Source of the DNA: Macrostomum hystrix | Lineage: Eukaryota > Animalia > Platyhelminthes | DNA length: 64,000 nt | Direction: 5' to 3' | NCBI GenBank assembly: GCA_950097015.1 | Contig: CATNEN010000038.1 | Span: 27,218,001 to 27,282,000, forward strand | Shown: piece after piece, positions 36,673 through 48,720 of the stretch | Position numbering within the stretch: position 1 is the first letter of the stretch | Layout: every line of letters starts with the position of its first letter | Made by a program: the position numbers and the translations under genes | Notes under the pieces: generated by a model | Databases searched by the model: none | What the model was told of the DNA's origin: nothing | What the model saw: only the letters and a program-made list of their open reading frames with translations

Positions 36673-37675
36673 ATCAATAAAGCTACGTATGCTCGAACAG
36701 TCTTCATTGTGTGACAGTGTAAATACTTTTTGTTTCAGTGTAGATACGTTTTCATTTTTGTTTTCATGTAAATACGTTTTGTTTTATAAAAATATTCATT
36801 AAAATTCTAAAGTTTAAAATACGCCAAAAGTAAATAATTTGTTTTACTTGTAACCGTATCAATAGTAACACAGTATGGATGTCTTTTGTTTTAAATGTCT
36901 ACCGTATAAATATTATTTTGTAAAAATCCAACATTTAAACAAACGCTAATTTTCTTTATATATATATAGCCGCAGTTTTCAGAGAGAAAAATATAGTTGT
37001 CATTGAGTTTGTTGTGAGTGAGTGAGTGGAAAGAGTCAAGAGTCAAGAGTCAAGAGTCTGCAAGCAAAAGTGTTTGTTCAAGATATAAAAGGAGTGCTTT
37101 GTGAAAGAAGTGTATTGTGTTATTCATTTTAAGAGAAGAGAATATTGAGAAACATAATCAGAACCATTCTAAGAACCATACTAAGAATCGTACTAAGAAT
37201 CATACTCAGATTTATACCAAGAATATTACAAAAGGGGAACTGCTAAAACTCTAATCTCGGGGACGCCTAATTGACTGGAAACGCATAAAGTTGCCTAATT
37301 TACTGCTTGTGCAATACATACGCTACCAGATTGAAGAGATAAACGGCCCATTTAAGTACCGCCAGTTTAAACATCTACATAATTAATTGAGACAGCAGCA
37401 GTGAGATCAGTTATTACTCGTAAATAAGGGCCTATAACAAATTTGATCAGTCTAATCCTTTGATGAATAGGCACTTTCTGGTGAAAAAATGATAAAAATT
37501 GGTCTAGCCATTGTTATTCTGTAGCGTTTGTACGTTTGGATAGATTTAGATTAGACATTTAGTATAGGTAGACTAGCAACCAAGAAATGCTCGAACAAAC
37601 GTAGTCTTCGCTAGATACCAGTTCCGCCTCTGCACACAGGCAGCTGGAGAATCTATTGACGCATGGTACGCCAGA

Positions 37676-39757
37676 TTGCGCACAGCTGCAGAGCCATGTG
37701 AGTTCGAGAATCTCAAAGACTCCCTCATCAGGGACCAGCTCGTGGCAACTTGCTCATCCGACAAGCTGCGCAGGCGGCTGCTCCAGGAAGCGAACATCAG
37801 CCTTGACGAGGCGCTACGGAAGGCTAGGGCGTTTGAGGCAGCCGATGAACAGGCCACCGAGATGGAGGAGTCGGAGACGCATGTGGCGAGCGTTGCCCAT
37901 GGCGATAAGGTGAAACCTGACAGAAAAGGCGCGACTCTGACGTGCAGCAGGTCCGGCGATCAGAAGCAGCTCACGTGTTACCGCTGCGGCGAGAAAGGCC
38001 ACGCCACCTGTGACGCAGCCAAAGGTAAAATCTGCCGCAACTGCGGCAAACCCAACCATCTCGCTTTGGCCTACCGCCAGCCTCGACAGATGCACAACAA
38101 CCGGACCCAGCAGCAGAGAATCAGCACTAATGCAGTCTTCAGTTCTGCTGACGGCTCCACGGAGGAAGATGTGTTTGCTCTGTACGACGGCGGCGACTAC
38201 CCAGCCGACGTCTCGCTGTCCGTACAGGTGGCAAATCGACAACTGCCCATGATGGTCGATAACGAAGCCAGCTGTAGTATCATGAGTCTCAAAACCTTCA
38301 GGACTCTTAATCTACCGGACCTTCGTCCAACAAGAGCAGAAGTCCGCGCCTACGGGGTACCGACACCTCTAAAGATTGCAGGGGTCGCCGAACTCCACAT
38401 CAAAGTTGGAGCAGCCAAGACTACCGCGACATTTCACATCATGGACGGCGACGGCCTGACAATTCTGGGACGCCAGCCTGCATTCAAACTTGGAGTGCTG
38501 AAGATCCAGAGGCCACAGATCTCCGACGCGCAGGAAATTAGCGCAGTCTCTGACACGCCGTCATCGCAGTCAAATGATCCTCAACTCGACGCAATTCTGC
38601 ACCGGCACAAAGAGGCATTCAACGGCATCGGCTGCATCAAGGGCTTAGAGGTCAAAGTCCAGCTATCCGAAAATGCCATTCTGGTATGCCAGGCGCCTTC
38701 CCGGGTAGCTGCTCACCTCAAAGAAGCCGTAGTTGACGAACTCCGGGCACTAGAGAAGCAGGACATTATTGAGGCCGTCAAAGGACCAAGCGCCTGGGTA
38801 TCCCGTATGGTAGTAGGGCCCAAGACCGATGGGGGCGTCAGAATCTGCCAGGATCTCCGCGACCTCAACGCTTTCGTTATACCGGAGAAACAACAGATCC
38901 CCACGCTAGAAGAGATCACGGAGGAGATGGCCAACGCTAAAATTTTCAGTGAACTAGACATCCGCAAGGCGTTCTACCAGATTCCAGTTCACGAAGACAG
39001 CCGCCACTACTTCACCTTCAGCACGCCTCTCGGACTAATGCGACTTAAAAGACTTAGCATGGGGTTCACGAATGCCTCGGAGATTTTGCAACGGATCATG
39101 CTGGGCATCCTCAGCGACATTGAAGGCGTCCGGTGGGCGCACGATGACGTGGTGATCTATGCATCTGATTTAAAGCAACATCATAAGAGACTGGACGCGT
39201 GCCTTCAGCGCCTGCGTGTGTACGGCATCACCCTCAACAGGGACAAGTGCAGGTTCTCCCGTCCGTCCATCGAGTTTCTCGGCATGCGCCTGACTGCTCG
39301 GGGCATGGAGCCAGCTGCTGAGAAAATTGAGGCCATGCAGAGCTTTCGGCAACCTGCAAACGTTTCCGACGTCCGCTCATTCCTCGGCACCGCGAACTTC
39401 TTGTCAAAATTCGTCCCAAACTTCGCTCACCTCGCCGGGCCCCTCCGTCAATTGACAAAGAAGGGCCAGGTCTGGGAGTGGACGGATAAGCACACTGCGG
39501 CATTCGAAAGCATTAAAAAAGCGATCGGCGCCGCGGAAACGCTCGCCTTCTTCGACCGCAGGCGGCAAACCGAGCTCCTAGTGGACGCCTCCCCGGTCGG
39601 CCTGGGCGCCATCCTCACGCAGAGGCAGCCGGACGGCAGCAGCAGACCCGTGGCTTACGCCAACAGAGCCCTTTCAGCAGTGGAACAGCGGTACGCGCAG
39701 ATAGAGCGAGAAGCTCTGGCCATCAAATTCGGGTGCTTGAAGTTTGAACACTACTAG
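37676..39757 (+). pseudogene. Gypsy gag-protease-RT-RNase H ORF (interrupted)
   Basis: 693-aa ORF with the motifs above; breaks inside RNase H. Confidence 0.88.
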
Positions 39758-39801
39758 CCGGAGACCCAGGCTTCACTGTAGTAACAGACCACCGACCACT
39801 C

Positions 39802-41393
39802 GTGCCGCTGTTCAAGCCTGGCACTCGTCCACCGCCACGAATCGAACGGATGACATTGCGCATCCAGCACTTCCGCTTCGATCTGATTTACCGACCCGGG
39901 CCGACCAATCCAGCCGACCTGCTAAGCCGGCAGCCACTGCCAGAATCAAGGAGGAACGTTGGTGAAGAACTTGACACCGCCTTCGTCAACACCGTGTCGG
40001 CCGGAGCTGTGCCAAAGGGCTTCAGCCTCGCTCAAGTGCGGGAAGCGTCGCGCACCGACAGCGGCATCCAGGCGGCGCTAAGCGCCATCCGAACCGGTAA
40101 CTGGAATATCCGCGACCCGGCCCAGCGCTCCTACAAGACCGTCAGCAACGAGCTCTCAGAGAGTGACGGCGTCCTGCTAAGGGGCGACCTCATCCCGGAG
40201 ACACTGCGCAGGCCTGTCCTCCAACTAGCGCACACCGGCCATCTAGGCGCTGACCGAACCCTGAAGCGGCTGCAAACGAAAGTCTGGTGGCCTCGCATGC
40301 GCAGCGACTGCCAGAGCTTTGTTCAGTGCTGCACGCTCTGCCAGGCCGCCTCCACTGGAGCGCGTCAAACGCCTCTTAAACCAACGCAGATCCCAGACGG
40401 TGCCTGGCTCACTCTAGGCATGGACTTCTACGGACCAGTACAGGGCCAGATGCTGCTAGTCATCACAGACCTCTACTCAAATTATCCAGAAGTCAGCTTC
40501 CTGAACTCATCGACAGTGGAGAGCGTGAGCCCGCACCTTCGCCGACTGTTCGGTAGATTCGGCGTCCCTATCGAGGTGGTCACTGACAACGGCCCGCCAT
40601 TCAATTCAGCCACTTTCCGCAGCTTCCTCACCACCTATCACGACATCGCCTTATCTGCCCGCTTTACCCTGAATCCAATGGAGCGACAGAGCGAGTCAAC
40701 CGGAGCATTGGAAAAGTCATCCAGATGGCTGTGGCCGAAGGGCGTAACTGGAAGGAGGCCATCGAGGACTGGCTGCTGGCTTTCCGCACAACACCGCACC
40801 GAGCAACCAGCCACGCACCCGCAGAACTCCTCATGGGCAGGAAGATGAACGATGGCATCCCGACCACTAAGCCGTCTCAGCCGGTCGAGGTGAATCATTA
40901 AGAAGTTTAAGACTGGCACCGGAATTACGTGCAAGATATGAAATCAAGATTCGATGACCGCAAGGCTGCCCAGGAGCACGGCATCATTGACGGCAGCAAA
41001 GTTCTACGAAAGCAGCAACCGCGCAACAAGCTTCAACTGCCTTTTGAGCCTTCTCTGTGGACTGTCAAGCTGGTCCAGGGAGACACGTGCGTCCTTCAAC
41101 GCGGCGAACAATCGTGCATGGGACACGTCACTCAACTGCGGCCCCTGATAGAGTCCGCCGGTCAGTCTGCCGGCCACTCTGCTGGCCAGTCCGCCGGCCA
41201 GTCCGCCGGCCAGTCCGCCGGCCAGTCCGCCGGCCAGTCCGCCGGTCAGTCTGCCGGCCAGTCTGCTGGTCAGTCCGCCGGCCAGTCCGCCGGCCACTCT
41301 GCTGGCCAGTCCACCGGCCAGTCTGCCGGCCACTCTATTGGCCAGTCCGCCGGCCAGTCCGCCGGCCAGTCCGCTGGTCAGTCTGCCGGCTAG
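39802..41393 (+). pseudogene. Gypsy RNase H end and integrase (frameshifted), with a SAGQ-repeat tail
   Basis: Zinc-binding HHCC and core D,D motifs in 39802..40848; HVTQLRP in 40929..41393. Confidence 0.85.
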
Positions 41394-41535
41394 TCTGCTG
41401 GCCAGTCCGCCGGCCAGTCCGCCGGCCACTCTGCTGGCCAGTCCGCCGGCCAGTCTGCCGGCCACTCTGCTGGCCAGTCCGCCGGCCAGTCCGCCGGCCA
41501 CTCTGCTGGTCAGTCCGCCGGCCAGTCTGCCAGCC
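41155..41535. repeat. 12-bp minisatellite (gccggccagtcc) at the end of the Gypsy pol
   Basis: About 31 units, translating as SAGQ/SAGH. Confidence 0.95.
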
Positions 41536-41778
41536 AGCCAACCGCTAACCCTAGCGATTGTGTCGCCACACGACAGCGTCCCAGGGCTGCGCGTAGCAAA
41601 GTGCTTAGCTACAAACAATAACTCATTTTGCGTGCGGCCGTATTTTCTCAAATGAGTTGCTATGGACTGTCTTGCGTTCTATGGGCTTTTTTCCGCTAGA
41701 TTGCTGTAACAATCCCTTGCTCTAAAGCTTTGCTCTTAGCTCTTTTATCCCCCGGCAATCTCTCTAGTTGGGGAGAAG

Positions 41779-41978
41779 TGTAGGCGCCAAGTGGGCGCGC
41801 GTTCATTTAGTCGTGTTAGCTGTAGGCCCTGAGTTATACGAGCTATCGTAGTGTGCGAGGAGTTGCTAGCGATTAATGTACATCTGCACCCATCGGCCGC
41901 ACGTTGCATGTTCATCACCAAATATCAAATATAATCGATTGCTCAGAGCCTGCTTCGCTTTAGGCTTTTTCGTCTACA
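41779..41978 (+). mobile_element. 3' LTR (200 bp) of the Gypsy element
   Basis: Polypurine tract GGGGAGAAG at 41770-41778 directly followed by TGTAGGCG ... CGTCTACA (7/8 inverted termini); no 5' copy seen. Confidence 0.75.
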
Positions 41979-42895
41979 TAAAGCATCGGTCAGCACTCCT
42001 TACAGTTAATACATGCTATCCACAGATAATTCATGCTCCCCCTTGATAAATTAAGCTACCCCTCAATAATTTATTCTACCCCTCGATAATTTATGCCACC
42101 CCCAAAATTAGGACGATACCTCGATAAATCATGCTACCTCCTCTATATTTCATGCTACACCCTCGACCATTCATGCTTCCCCTTTGATAATTTAGGCAAC
42201 CCTCCTGATAATTCATGCTACACTCTTTAATAAGTCATGTTTTCATAACCATAATTCATGCTCCCCCCTGATAGTTCATGCTTTCTCCTCATCAATTCAT
42301 GCTACCCTTCGATAAGTCATGCTACCCTAAACATAAAACAATAATTGCTTCCCTGCACGAAAAAACGCTATTTTATTTTAGAGTAATGCTATTAGCTAGG
42401 ATTAATTAAAATATTGTGTCCTAGTTTTGGATCTAATAACGATTACAGCAATGCTCGAAACAATTTTCTTTAATTTTGAAAATAAAATAAGGCTAAAACA
42501 GCTACGTATGGGTCGTATGCTCGAACAGTCTTCATTAATATTTGAATCGATACCGCTTGAAAAAGTTAAAAAAATTATAATACCGTTTTTAGCTATGCTG
42601 AAAATATTTTTTCTCGTTTTTCTAGTTTCTATTTTTGAATCTGATTACGCTTCCAGCTCGGCTGGAAATTGTTGTTAGTTTATAATATAACATTTTTATA
42701 TCTGCATTAATATTTTAATCCTATTAAATATTGCTTGCCAGAATGCTTGAAAAAACGTTAAAAATTTTATATGAACTACGATAATAGCTTTGCTCAAAGT
42801 CTTATATATATTTTCGAATCTAAAAACTCTGGCAGAAATGCTCGAAAATTCGCTTTTCGCTAGTCGCTTTCACCCCAAGCAAGAGATTCTCTATC

Positions 42896-43318
42896 ATGTC
42901 AACGGCGCCAAAGCAGACTGTTGATGCCAATCGCATCGTTGAATTCGTTCGACACACAGGTGACCTATGGCGGAGCCTCAGATCACAGCCAATTCATTTG
43001 TCCGAAGTCTTGTGGCAGTGGGACAACGCACGACCTCATGTGGCCCAGCCTGTGCAGCAGTACATGGAGACTCGTGGAGTTCAACTGCTTTTTCAGAGTC
43101 CCTACAGCCCTGATTTCAATTTATGCGACCGTTTTTTCTTCAATTGGCTGAAATCGGACTTCTCGAAGCGGGAGTTCAGCAGCCACGATGAGGTCCGCGA
43201 GGCCGCGTTGCAGTGGGCGAGGGGTCTGGATGCAAACTGCTTGAAACGCGAGGTTCTACGGCTCGTGGAGCACTGCCAATCTGTGATTGACTTCAGGGGA
43301 AATTACATTACTGATTAG
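42896..43318 (+). pseudogene. mariner-like transposase C-terminal remnant
   Basis: WQWDNARPHVA and QSPYSPDFNLCD match the mariner HDNARPH and YSPDLAPxD motifs; the stop follows G-N-Y-I; the N-terminus is missing. Confidence 0.85.
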
Positions 43319-43968
43319 TAAAGTTTCACTGTTCTGCGCGTTTTTATAATTAACCTTTTGTAGTTTTCTCATGACTTTCCGGACACCCGGAATAGGTGCA
43401 ACCAATTATTAAAAGCAAAAAGCGAACAAATCAACAGATTAAACTTTCGTTTTTCAAATTAACTGAAGAAGTTCAAGCCACACAAAGCGAATTATTTCCG
43501 TATTAACAAACCGAAACTCCAACAGATAGGACCTCATCAAGTACTCGTGCCTATCTTGCTCATTTCTTCCATCAGCGACGGTCCTCCGCGGTTGTAGACC
43601 GTATAATAGTAGATCTTCTTAAAAACAATCTTTCGACGATCAATGAAATTCCGTCACAATTGCTGCACATGCTTTCATTTGCTGTCATTTTCTTTTCCGG
43701 TTCTATACTAGAAGTTTTACATGTATTCACTTTAAAAATGAGACAACACAAATCTTAAGTTAGGCGAGCTCACAACCGAACAGAATGCAGGTCTAACACG
43801 CATAGAATTTAAAGTAATTAATATAGAAAACATATTGGATGCATCAAATAAAAGAATGAAAGCTTCAATAACTCCTTATGCTAAAGATAAACCAGATTAA
43901 CGGATATCTGCTTATAAAACATAAAAAAGAGCTTACAGCACTTTGTGATACATTATTTGACGGGGTGA

Positions 43969-45231
43969 TTAAAAAACGCAAGTTCCATTTTTTATGTAGT
44001 CCTCATGAATCCAAATGAGATCGTCGCCATTGTAGTTATTGTCCCGGATATTAATGATCTTGTTTAAATCGGTCATGGTCCTGGGGCTGTAGCGCCGGTC
44101 CGTGAAGAACTTGATCATGAACAGGCGCTCCTCCTCGCTCATGTGTCGTTTCAGCCACTCCATGTGGACCACGGGAATGGTGAAGCGCTCAAACATCTTC
44201 TGGGCGCTCTTGAAGAACTCTCCTTCACCGCCCTCGATGTCGACCTTCAGGACAACAAACTTCGTGTTGACTAGTCTGACTATGGAATCTGCGTTCGCCG
44301 ACATGATTGGGATGGTATCGACAACCGCCCTGCCGAACTTGGTGGCACCGCCGATGTTGCAGTCTTGTGGAAAGTTCAGGTACATGAAGGAAACCTGCCG
44401 ACTGATGAAGTTCCACAGCAGGTGCAACCTGTGTGGCAGTTTTGTGGCCTCGGATGAGAGCTTGATGCGAATGAGATTGCGGATGTTCGCGTCCAGAGCG
44501 ATGACGGGCACTCCGAGGTCGAGTGCCGACAGAGTGAACACGCCGATGTTAGAGCCGATGTCGATGAATGTGACTGGCGACTGAGCGTTCAGCTTCTGGA
44601 CGATGTGCTGCATGATGCGCACGTTCCTCTCCTCGAAGATGTGCGCGTTGCGGATGCTCGTGGAGATGAGGTCAGGACTGGAGTAGACGAAGCTGGGAAC
44701 ACTTCTCCTAGTGAGGGGGCTCAGGATGAATGTCTCAGTGCTGCCAGCCCTGACGGCGTCAGTGAGCACCTGCGGCAGCTGCTGTTTCAGTCGGCACAGG
44801 GGAAACGCGCTGTTCACAACGGTGTAGGCGATGGCGCCCTCGCAGATGTTCTCCTTGATGGACTTGTGCAGAAAGTTCAGGTTGCGCAGCTCGCTGTAGG
44901 CGCTGCAAGCTCCCGGAGGCAGCGGGTTGACAACTGTGAGTTGCTGGTCCTTCGATGCAGGCGTTCCGGCTACAGTCGATCTCTGTTGCTGACTCGTCGC
45001 CATTGGCTCGGGTTGAAGCACTGGCTTCGCCTTCTGCATCGGTGCTACATTGACACCTTCCGGTCGCTGAAGCTGCTCTGCTTTCCATGTCTCCGCTGGC
45101 GCTTTGTGGCTGCCGACCCCAAACTCGATACCTCCTTCATACAGTCCATATATAAGCCTAGTGACTAGAACTGTTATAAGAATTATCAGTCCTATTTTTA
45201 ACCACTTCATAGCGTTGACTGTGATGTGCAT
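43969..45231 (-). CDS. FkbM-family methyltransferase with type II membrane anchor, copy 2, intronless
   Basis: 420 aa; same catalytic core as copy 1; TM IGLIILITVLVTRLIYGL; longer P/Q-rich stem. Confidence 0.9.
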   Translation of the reverse strand: MHITVNAMKWLKIGLIILITVLVTRLIYGLYEGGIEFGVGSHKAPAETWKAEQLQRPEGVNVAPMQKAKPVLQPEPMATSQQQRSTVAGTPASKDQQLTVVNPLPPGACSAYSELRNLNFLHKSIKENICEGAIAYTVVNSAFPLCRLKQQLPQVLTDAVRAGSTETFILSPLTRRSVPSFVYSSPDLISTSIRNAHIFEERNVRIMQHIVQKLNAQSPVTFIDIGSNIGVFTLSALDLGVPVIALDANIRNLIRIKLSSEATKLPHRLHLLWNFISRQVSFMYLNFPQDCNIGGATKFGRAVVDTIPIMSANADSIVRLVNTKFVVLKVDIEGGEGEFFKSAQKMFERFTIPVVHMEWLKRHMSEEERLFMIKFFTDRRYSPRTMTDLNKIINIRDNNYNGDDLIWIHEDYIKNGTCVF

Positions 45232-45530
45232 TTTTTGCAGAATGTCCCGGAACTGCTATTAGCGAATGCTGTAGCAACCCCGTCCCAGCCGGTTCTAAAA
45301 TTTGTGAATTTTTGTGTATCTGATAGAACTGTTTCAATTAAAAAAATTCTATATTTTTTAAATTATTTTTTATTTTTTAATAAATTTTACTATTTTTACT
45401 ATTTACTATTCAATTAAAAAATTTTACTTATTGTAAAATTGATTGACTATAAATTTGCAAATATGAGCGTCTATAATGTTTGCAATACCGAACGTAAAGG
45501 TCCGTTTATTTGAGGCGAGGCTACATTAGT

Positions 45531-45603
45531 TGGGGGCGCAGCCGCAGAGACAGGGCTTGGGGGGCTGGCACACTGCCTGACGATAAAAAGTCAGGGCAGA
45601 TGT
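45531..45603 (+). mobile_element. SINE family A internal fragment
   Basis: Reverse-complement match to the body of 14195-14564 (ggggcgcagccgc...cactgcctgacgat...agtcagggcagatgta). Confidence 0.6.
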
Positions 45604-48205
45604 ATCAGTAGCTGTGTTGTGCCTTAGATTCAAAGAAGTGGGCTGGATTGCCTCCTGGCTAATAGCGCTGTCGACAAGCGATGCATTTCTGACAGCGCCA
45701 TGCGAATATAAATATGAAACAATGTTATACGAGTACAAGCTAAGCAAACTTACTTGAATAATGTCCCAATTGTTGTTTACAAGGGATTTATAGCACAGCC
45801 CGTGGCCAGTCGTCTGTTTCGCTTAGATTTTCTTTGCTAAGCCAGAATTTCTGTTCTCTCTCTCTCTCTCTCTCTATGCACTGGGCAGTTATGCCGAAAA
45901 ATGTAATTTATGCAAGAACCAGACAATGTAAATTCTTGGGCTGCTTCCTTGTTTCTCTGCTCTCTTTATGTTGATAGCCTTCAAGCAGTATGACAAAAGT
46001 GTAAAAGTGTAAATTCCTATTACTGTCGGTTATATTTACTTGCCGTATCGTATGAGTTTTTACTAGTCTGTGATTCAGCTATACATACCCACGTAAGCCT
46101 TGAGAGAGAGAGTTCTGCTTTATTTTCTAGAGAAGGAGAGGAGGGTTGAGGGGGTGAGACAACTCGTATGACTTAGCCATGTAGATAGACGGATATGTGG
46201 CACACTCACCACACACCAACCTCCCTCCCAGTCTTTGGGGTTGGTTGATGGAGTCTGGGGGTGCGCGCATGCACATTAGGGTGGAATGAAGTCTGCTTTT
46301 AGAGGAAATTACCTATATAGAGGCAAGGACTCAAACTAGCTTGCGCGCTTTCACAAGTGTACATTCAACTTTCATCCCTTTCTATTCGTGCTCTAACGGG
46401 TTGAGCATGTCGTGCTCAAGTCTTCTTAATAATTCATCGCTTGTGTGGGATTGTTCTAGATGGCGTGGCTTACCCTGGTCTTGTTACCTTTGAGCTAATG
46501 TGCGTCCAGCTTTTTCTGTACTACCGCATCTAAATCCCATACCTTTACACTTCCCCCTACCTTAGATTGTAGAGTGCGTGCATATTTAGTGTAGCTTTCA
46601 TCGATTGCCTGCATGGCTTAGCAACAGGCTAAAAAAATAGTTTGAACGTGTCAATTTTCTCTCTCTTCCGTTAGCTTTCATTTCGCAGACTCTTAACCTT
46701 GCTAGACTTTTTTTCGCGTTGTAAACTTGTAAACGTTAGTTCTGACTGTTCACTATAGGTCCTGTTATGTATAATCACAGGGTGCGTGTTAATTCCAATT
46801 TTGTGCATATCCGCCATTTATAATACACTGAATTTAATAAAAATGTGGGCCTGCGCGTTAAGCCAGCATGTGGCATTGCGAATTTGGCTCGAATATTGCT
46901 ATTTGTAACACTGGTCTATATGTGCCAGCTGTTTAATCTCTTTCAGCTGGCCATTCAACTCCAGTTGGTGAAGAGATTATTAAAATGCAACAGCCAAGTA
47001 AAATTTGTTAATTTCGTGCAAGGAAAAAGTGTAACTTCTATTTTGTCTTGAATTTTTTCATCCGGCTTCAAGCATTTATATAAGCCGTGATGGGCCTGTG
47101 CTTTCAATAATAGTTTTGACGTCTCAGGAAGACACCAAAGTGGGAGACAAACAACAAAAAGAGCCCGTATTGTGATCGCTACAATAAGATTGGAGCTTCA
47201 GGAGCGGCTGGATGTGAAAGTGTCGGCGCTATCCGATTAGCGGATTTTTTTATTAGATTCTGTGCTATAGGGTCATGAATTCACAGGGCCATAAATCTCT
47301 CGACACTCGACAGAATTATTATAATAGCATTGCGGCAAAGTCGGTGGCGGCGTCGGCGACGATCAAGGGCAAGGACAAAGTCCGTATTTCACAGAGCGGA
47401 CGCAAACACAAATCGCTGTGCTGCAGAGACGAAATGGAAGTTACATTTTGTGAGACTGATTTGCTCGGACTTCGGCAGGCCGGTCTCGCGGACGAAATTG
47501 AAGTTACTTTGTTACTTAGAAAATAAGCCACTGGCCGTACAGTTAGCCAAGCCGGGGTTGGATGTGTTGCGCAGCGATTCCACAGTCTGTGTACAGAGCT
47601 GTTCAGTCCGTGGACCGGCTAAGCCGCCAAATACGGTATCCATTTTACTGATGGATTTAATTGAAGCATTAAGTGTCTCTTAGAAGAAACTCACAAACTC
47701 AAATATTCTTTCAATAATGCGCTCGTACATACGTCTTCATATCACAAATAGTTCGATTTAAAAACGTTTGTTAAGTTCGATTACAAATAGTTCGTTTAAG
47801 CTGTAACTAGATAAATAAAATGTGTCACATGTCTAGTCTATGGAATTTTTAGCAGACGCATCATATTCAAATATAAAATACGATTGCTTATTTAATCGTT
47901 AAAAATTGTACTATTCTGAGCCTGGAATGTGTTGTCTATGGTAATTTTTGGTGAGATTGTTTGACAAAAACTAGGATATAATATCATATAATCTCCTCGA
48001 AATAAGGAGCATTATATCGAACATTGAAGTGAACTTTGAATTTGGCTTTTACGTTTTGCCACCACTGACTGACTGGCTGCTTCGTGACTGTATCTTCGTG
48101 AGAAATTTATTTTTTGTCTATGGTCGGAATCAAATGGTCTAAACCTATATGTCTATCAATCAGATGGGATGCCCCCGAAAAATAAGCAATCGAATTTCAT
48201 ATATG

Positions 48206-48340
48206 ATAAACGCCGTTTAATTCATCATAGTCTATGGTTAGAATGTCCGAGGCTGCGTTTAATGGTCTCGAGGCGAGCGTAGCGAATGAGTCCTGCGTGA
48301 GCTCATTCTAACCACAGAATGTGAATTAAACGGCGTTTAT
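48206..48340. repeat. About 40-bp imperfect inverted repeat, probably part of a non-autonomous DNA element
   Basis: ataaacgccgtttaattca...tggttagaatg pairs with cattctaacca...tgaattaaacggcgtttat. Confidence 0.7.
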
Positions 48341-48720
48341 TTACATAATAAGCACATGTAAGGCACCGACGAAAAAGATTCAATTTAAATATCTAGCCAT
48401 GAGAACAGAGAGAGAATGTCATCGCGTAAGAACCCCGAGCTATTTCGAGAACCGAACGCAGGTAGTGAATAAGAGCGACCGAGTGTGTGATTGAGCCTGC
48501 AAGCGGGTTAGAAACGAAATAGAAATTTCAGGTGAGAAAAGCACATGTATATATATATATATATATAACTACTCGTAGCTTGAAAAGTCAGGCAAGCTTG
48601 CAACTCGCTATAGAGATAGTATCCCAAGTCACTAGTGAGGCACACAGAGAATTTAGTTCTTATAAGGCAATCATTTGTTTAAAGCCGCACCGATTTCTGA
48701 AACTCAGTAGAAGTTCAGCG

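Larger units (their letters stand above)
37575..41978 (+). mobile_element. Degenerate, 5'-truncated Gypsy (Mag-like) LTR retrotransposon
   Basis: Domain order gag (CYRCGEKGH..C, CRNCGKPNH), protease (VDNEAS, degenerate), RT (AHDD), RNase H (VDASPVGLGA, EREALAI), integrase (H..H..C..C, MDFYGP, TDNGPPF); reading-frame breaks near 39757, 40640 and 40900. Confidence 0.92.

Noticed and set aside
47275-47683. GC-richer patch with short ORFs (similarly 50340-50704)
   Set aside because: No recognisable domain or consistent splice structure; possibly old mobile-element debris
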